A DNA stretch of 17,710 bases, taken from the IMG/VR virus record IMGVR_UViG_3300022752_000033, positions 1-17,710 of that record; one strand, 5' to 3'. Positions 14,921 through 17,710 of the stretch are shown piece by piece. This DNA comes from a virus (Duplodnaviria; Heunggongvirae; Uroviricota; Caudoviricetes). Position 1 is the first letter of the stretch; every line of letters starts with the position of its first letter. The notes under the pieces are model-generated. The model did not search any database, was not told where the DNA came from, and saw nothing but the letters and a program-made list of their open reading frames with translations. The position numbers were made by a program, and so were the translations under genes.

Positions 14921-14948
14921 AAGGAGCGTAAAAAACGCTCCTTTTTTT
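14921..14948 (+). terminator. Intrinsic terminator
   Basis: AAGGAGCGT-AAAAA-ACGCTCCTT followed by a T run. Confidence 0.9.
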
Positions 14949-14961
14949 ATATTTATATGTT

Positions 14962-15279
14962 ATGAAGATTTTAATAACGGAGAATCAAATGAGAAGAGTT
15001 ATATTTAAGTTTTTGGATTACTTATTTGAGGGTATGTATGAAGTTAAGTCAAAAAAAAACCCTAACGAAAGATTTTGGAAAAAAAATGGCGAGGTTGTAT
15101 TAAAATTGTCACCAATACACCAAAGAGATTTATTGGTTTCAAACTCAATTTGGGATGAGATATCAGATATGCTTTCATTAAATTATAATCAAATTCAACA
15201 ATTTATAAAAGACTGGGTGGAACAACATTTAGAATTATCGGGAATTACACCTTATCGCATTAAATACATTGAGCAGTAA
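14962..15279 (+). CDS. Paralog 1 of a tandem ~105-aa family
   Basis: MKILITENQ...FK.L.YLFE...WKK.GE..L.L...SIW..I.DM.S...IKDW.EQHLEL.GIT; TATTTATA at 14950-14957. Confidence 0.85.
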   Translation: MKILITENQMRRVIFKFLDYLFEGMYEVKSKKNPNERFWKKNGEVVLKLSPIHQRDLLVSNSIWDEISDMLSLNYNQIQQFIKDWVEQHLELSGITPYRIKYIEQ

Positions 15280-15302
15280 GGGGTGGAACAATATTTAAAA
15301 CT

Positions 15303-15632
15303 ATGAAATACATTATATCAGAGAATCAAATGATAAAAGTTCAATTTAAGTATTTGAATTACTTATTTGAGGATATGTATGAAGTTAAATCAGAAGAATA
15401 TCCTGATTCTAGATTTTGGAAGAAAAATGGTGAGGTGGTGTTAGAATTGAAAAAATCAGGTAATTTAATAGTTTTACTTTCAATTTGGGGCGATATTTCC
15501 AATATGTTTTCATTAGATTATGATGAAACTCAACAACTTATAAAAGACTGGGCGGAACAACATTTAGAATTGGATGGAATCACACCAACATTGGACTTGA
15601 TTCAAATTCGTCTTTGGCGGAACAACATTTAA
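15303..15632 (+). CDS. Paralog 2 of the tandem family
   Basis: Aligns end to end with paralogs 1 and 3. Confidence 0.85.
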   Translation: MKYIISENQMIKVQFKYLNYLFEDMYEVKSEEYPDSRFWKKNGEVVLELKKSGNLIVLLSIWGDISNMFSLDYDETQQLIKDWAEQHLELDGITPTLDLIQIRLWRNNI

Positions 15633-15643
15633 TATAAAAAATT

Positions 15644-15970
15644 ATGAAGATTTTAATAACGGAGAATCAAATGAGAAGAGTTATGTTTAAGTTTTTAAAT
15701 TACTTATTTGAAGGTATTCGTGAAGTTGATTCAGGAGAATATCCGGATTCCAAAATTTGGAAAAAGGATGGTGAGATAATATTACAATTGGATGAATACG
15801 AGCAGTTATGGGTTTTACGTTCAATTTGGAATGACATACGTGATATGTTTTCAATTAATTATCCCGAAATTAACGAACTTATAAAAGAATGGGGTGAAGA
15901 AAATTTAGAATTGGGAGAAATTACACTTCACCCAAACAAAATAAACCCAATCGTTTTTAACCCAGATTAA
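15644..15970 (+). CDS. Paralog 3 of the tandem family
   Basis: First 40 nt identical to paralog 1. Confidence 0.85.
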   Translation: MKILITENQMRRVMFKFLNYLFEGIREVDSGEYPDSKIWKKDGEIILQLDEYEQLWVLRSIWNDIRDMFSINYPEINELIKEWGEENLELGEITLHPNKINPIVFNPD

Positions 15971-15981
15971 TATAAAAAATT

Positions 15982-16959
15982 ATGAGTAATATTGATGATA
16001 TAGTTGAAAGGTTTAATGATGGCGATTATAGTGTTTTAGAATACTTTAGTGGTGATTATCAAACTTTTTTTAAATTTTTGGAAAGAAGAAAAAAACTAAT
16101 TGAAATAGACCCAAAAGGTTCCCTCGCAGATGAATATCAAAATGAATTATTAATTTATTTTCATAATACGAATATTGATGTATTCCATCATTGGTGTAGT
16201 GAATTATTAGGTGATATAGAGTTTGTTGATGGTAAAGCATATGTCGTTACTGACCCAGAATATTTTGCCGACCTATTTTGTGATGATAGAGATGTTAGTA
16301 AAGACACAATCGCCAAAATATTATCAGGAAATTTAGAATATGATTGGTATAATAGTTATGAGATTGACATATACGATAACGTGATTGATGATTTATCTCC
16401 TGAAAATTTAAATAAATTAAAACAAATCTTTTTAAGAGAATTAAACGGAAAAGAAATTTCAACTGATGAAGGAGAAATGACATTATCACCGGAAAATATT
16501 GATGAAGTATTTAACAAAAAAGATTTATTAAAAGAAATTTTAAACGATGAACTTTCTAACGTAAAATCTGAATTAAGTAGTTTATACTTTAATGCCGAAG
16601 AAAATGCATTGTCAGATGAGTATTACGAAGAAGTTTGGAACGAACTTGACGAGTTTTTTTATACCAACGATAGAAAATGGGTTACAATTAAGAGAGGTTA
16701 TAGTTGGAATAAAGATGGAAGTAAAAAAGATAGATTTGTTGAAATGATTAGATTACCAATAAGAGATTTTGACAGATTTGTTACTGATTATCTTGAAACT
16801 AATAAAAGATATAGTAATTCAAGTCTTGAATATCACGGAAGTTATGTTGATATTCTTAAAGATGGTGGTGATTGTTTAAGTGTTAGATTCCCCGACTACG
16901 CAGATTCTAGAAAAATTAGAGCCAATATTAATGATATGTTTAGTGAATATGTTTACTAA
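15982..16959 (+). CDS. Acidic hypothetical protein
   Basis: 325-aa ORF; preceded by the same TTAATATAAAAAATTATGA junction as paralog 3. Confidence 0.85.
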   Translation: MSNIDDIVERFNDGDYSVLEYFSGDYQTFFKFLERRKKLIEIDPKGSLADEYQNELLIYFHNTNIDVFHHWCSELLGDIEFVDGKAYVVTDPEYFADLFCDDRDVSKDTIAKILSGNLEYDWYNSYEIDIYDNVIDDLSPENLNKLKQIFLRELNGKEISTDEGEMTLSPENIDEVFNKKDLLKEILNDELSNVKSELSSLYFNAEENALSDEYYEEVWNELDEFFYTNDRKWVTIKRGYSWNKDGSKKDRFVEMIRLPIRDFDRFVTDYLETNKRYSNSSLEYHGSYVDILKDGGDCLSVRFPDYADSRKIRANINDMFSEYVY

Positions 16960-17010
16960 AAACTATTTAATTATATTCCAATTTTTAGTAAATTTCTAAA
17001 AATTATTAAT

Positions 17011-17710
17011 ATGATATTAAAATCACCCACAAGTAGAACGGCTATTGTAAACTTATTTGCCGATTTTATCCTATCAAAAATACCACACAATAAACACACC
17101 ATAATTCAGGTTGCAGATTGTATTAACTTCTTTGTTATTAAAGGAAAAACATCTTATAATGACTTGCTGAATATTGGAGAAATTCTTGATGAATTTAAAG
17201 AAAAATTTAACCTATCTGTATCCGACGGTAGGAAATTATCTCACACAATAAATTTGATTGAATATAATATTGAGATGACTGAACCGGAACAGATTACCCA
17301 CACATATCACAACACCACTAACTGCTCTTATAATAGTAATCAAATTGAAAATTATATATCAAATAATGATACCTCATTTGATAACACCTACTTCTCATCA
17401 CCAATCAAAGACGATACGAACCTCATAGTGACCTCCGAATTCCCTCACGGGTATTCCCTATCACAAGGAAGATTATCTTATTACTACGGAAAGTATATTA
17501 TGTATAACATCCCAACCAACTACCCTGTGGTTGAATTAACGATGTCTATAAGCAAGGATGAAGAAAAGTTTTTTATCTATGATGGTTTCTACAAGAATGA
17601 AGATAATAGATTACGTTCAGCTATCTTAGATATGTTTGATTTTGATATGACTTGGCTTGAATCAGAATTAAAAAAAGTGGATTGGTTCATTGAAGTTACC
17701 AACCCACTCT
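17011..17710 (+). CDS. Partial CDS (3' end off-window); possible degenerate SAM-synthetase (MetK)-fold protein; missing from the ORF track
   Basis: Frame open from the ATG at 17011 to the window end (233 codons translated by hand); eye alignment to MetK segments (see findings). Confidence 0.8.
   Translation, partial: MILKSPTSRTAIVNLFADFILSKIPHNKHTIIQVADCINFFVIKGKTSYNDLLNIGEILDEFKEKFNLSVSDGRKLSHTINLIEYNIEMTEPEQITHTYHNTTNCSYNSNQIENYISNNDTSFDNTYFSSPIKDDTNLIVTSEFPHGYSLSQGRLSYYYGKYIMYNIPTNYPVVELTMSISKDEEKFFIYDGFYKNEDNRLRSAILDMFDFDMTWLESELKKVDWFIEVTNPL

Larger units (their letters stand above)
208..14957. promoter_or_regulatory. Recurring TATTTAT(A/T) element, putative phage late promoter (about 10 sites)
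   Basis: Sense-strand copies 4-30 nt upstream of starts: 208, 2012, 2860, 4992, 8167, 14701, 14950 (+); 6213, 10408, 14661 (-). Confidence 0.6.

Noticed and set aside
15217-15632. Classical diversity-generating retroelement
   Set aside because: No reverse transcriptase or template repeat in the window, and the variable segments differ in length and at non-A positions; cannot be excluded genome-wide.
1451-16489. Other short overlapping ORFs (1451, 3998, 5469, 7918, 8501, 9318, 9947, 10768, 11963, 13782, 14049, 16295)
   Set aside because: Antisense or alternate-frame shadows of longer, better-supported genes.
1-17710. Stop-codon reassignment
   Set aside because: Genes tile densely under the standard code with TAA/TGA stops and ATGA overlaps; no gene appears fragmented by TAG or TGA, and there is no suppressor tRNA. 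The single in-frame TAA at 15277 is local.

Overview
AT-rich, gene-dense segment of a large (jumbo/huge) tailed-phage genome, most likely infecting a Bacteroidota host. The host call rests on repeated TTTG-N19/20-TAnnTTTG sigma promoters and a signal peptide followed by Gln. Recognisable proteins are few: an N4/N6 DNA methyltransferase, a DUF3310 protein, a NUDIX hydrolase, DUF192, a DUF5856 Dps/ferritin-like protein, a small holin-like protein missing from the ORF track, a protein with 10 DnaJ-type CxxCxGxG repeats, a DUF6011-type Zn-finger protein and a probable peptidoglycan-binding protein. Many hypothetical proteins have an N-terminal (I/L)-x-E motif and an upstream TATTTAT(A/T) element, consistent with late head proteins. 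The non-coding content is the most notable part: (1) a ~870-nt highly structured RNA resembling GOLLD next to an initiator-type tRNA-Met, fed by four stacked host-type promoters and boxA-like sites; (2) a Leu/Ser-type tRNA-like element with no functional anticodon loop, followed by an unassigned ~200-nt structured RNA; (3) two small pseudoknot-like 3' elements. Also notable are three tandem paralogs with a hypervariable, repeat-flanked C-terminal cassette, a degenerate MetK-like protein at the right edge, and an apparent complete absence of GATC. All family names come from manual motif recognition; no database search was run.
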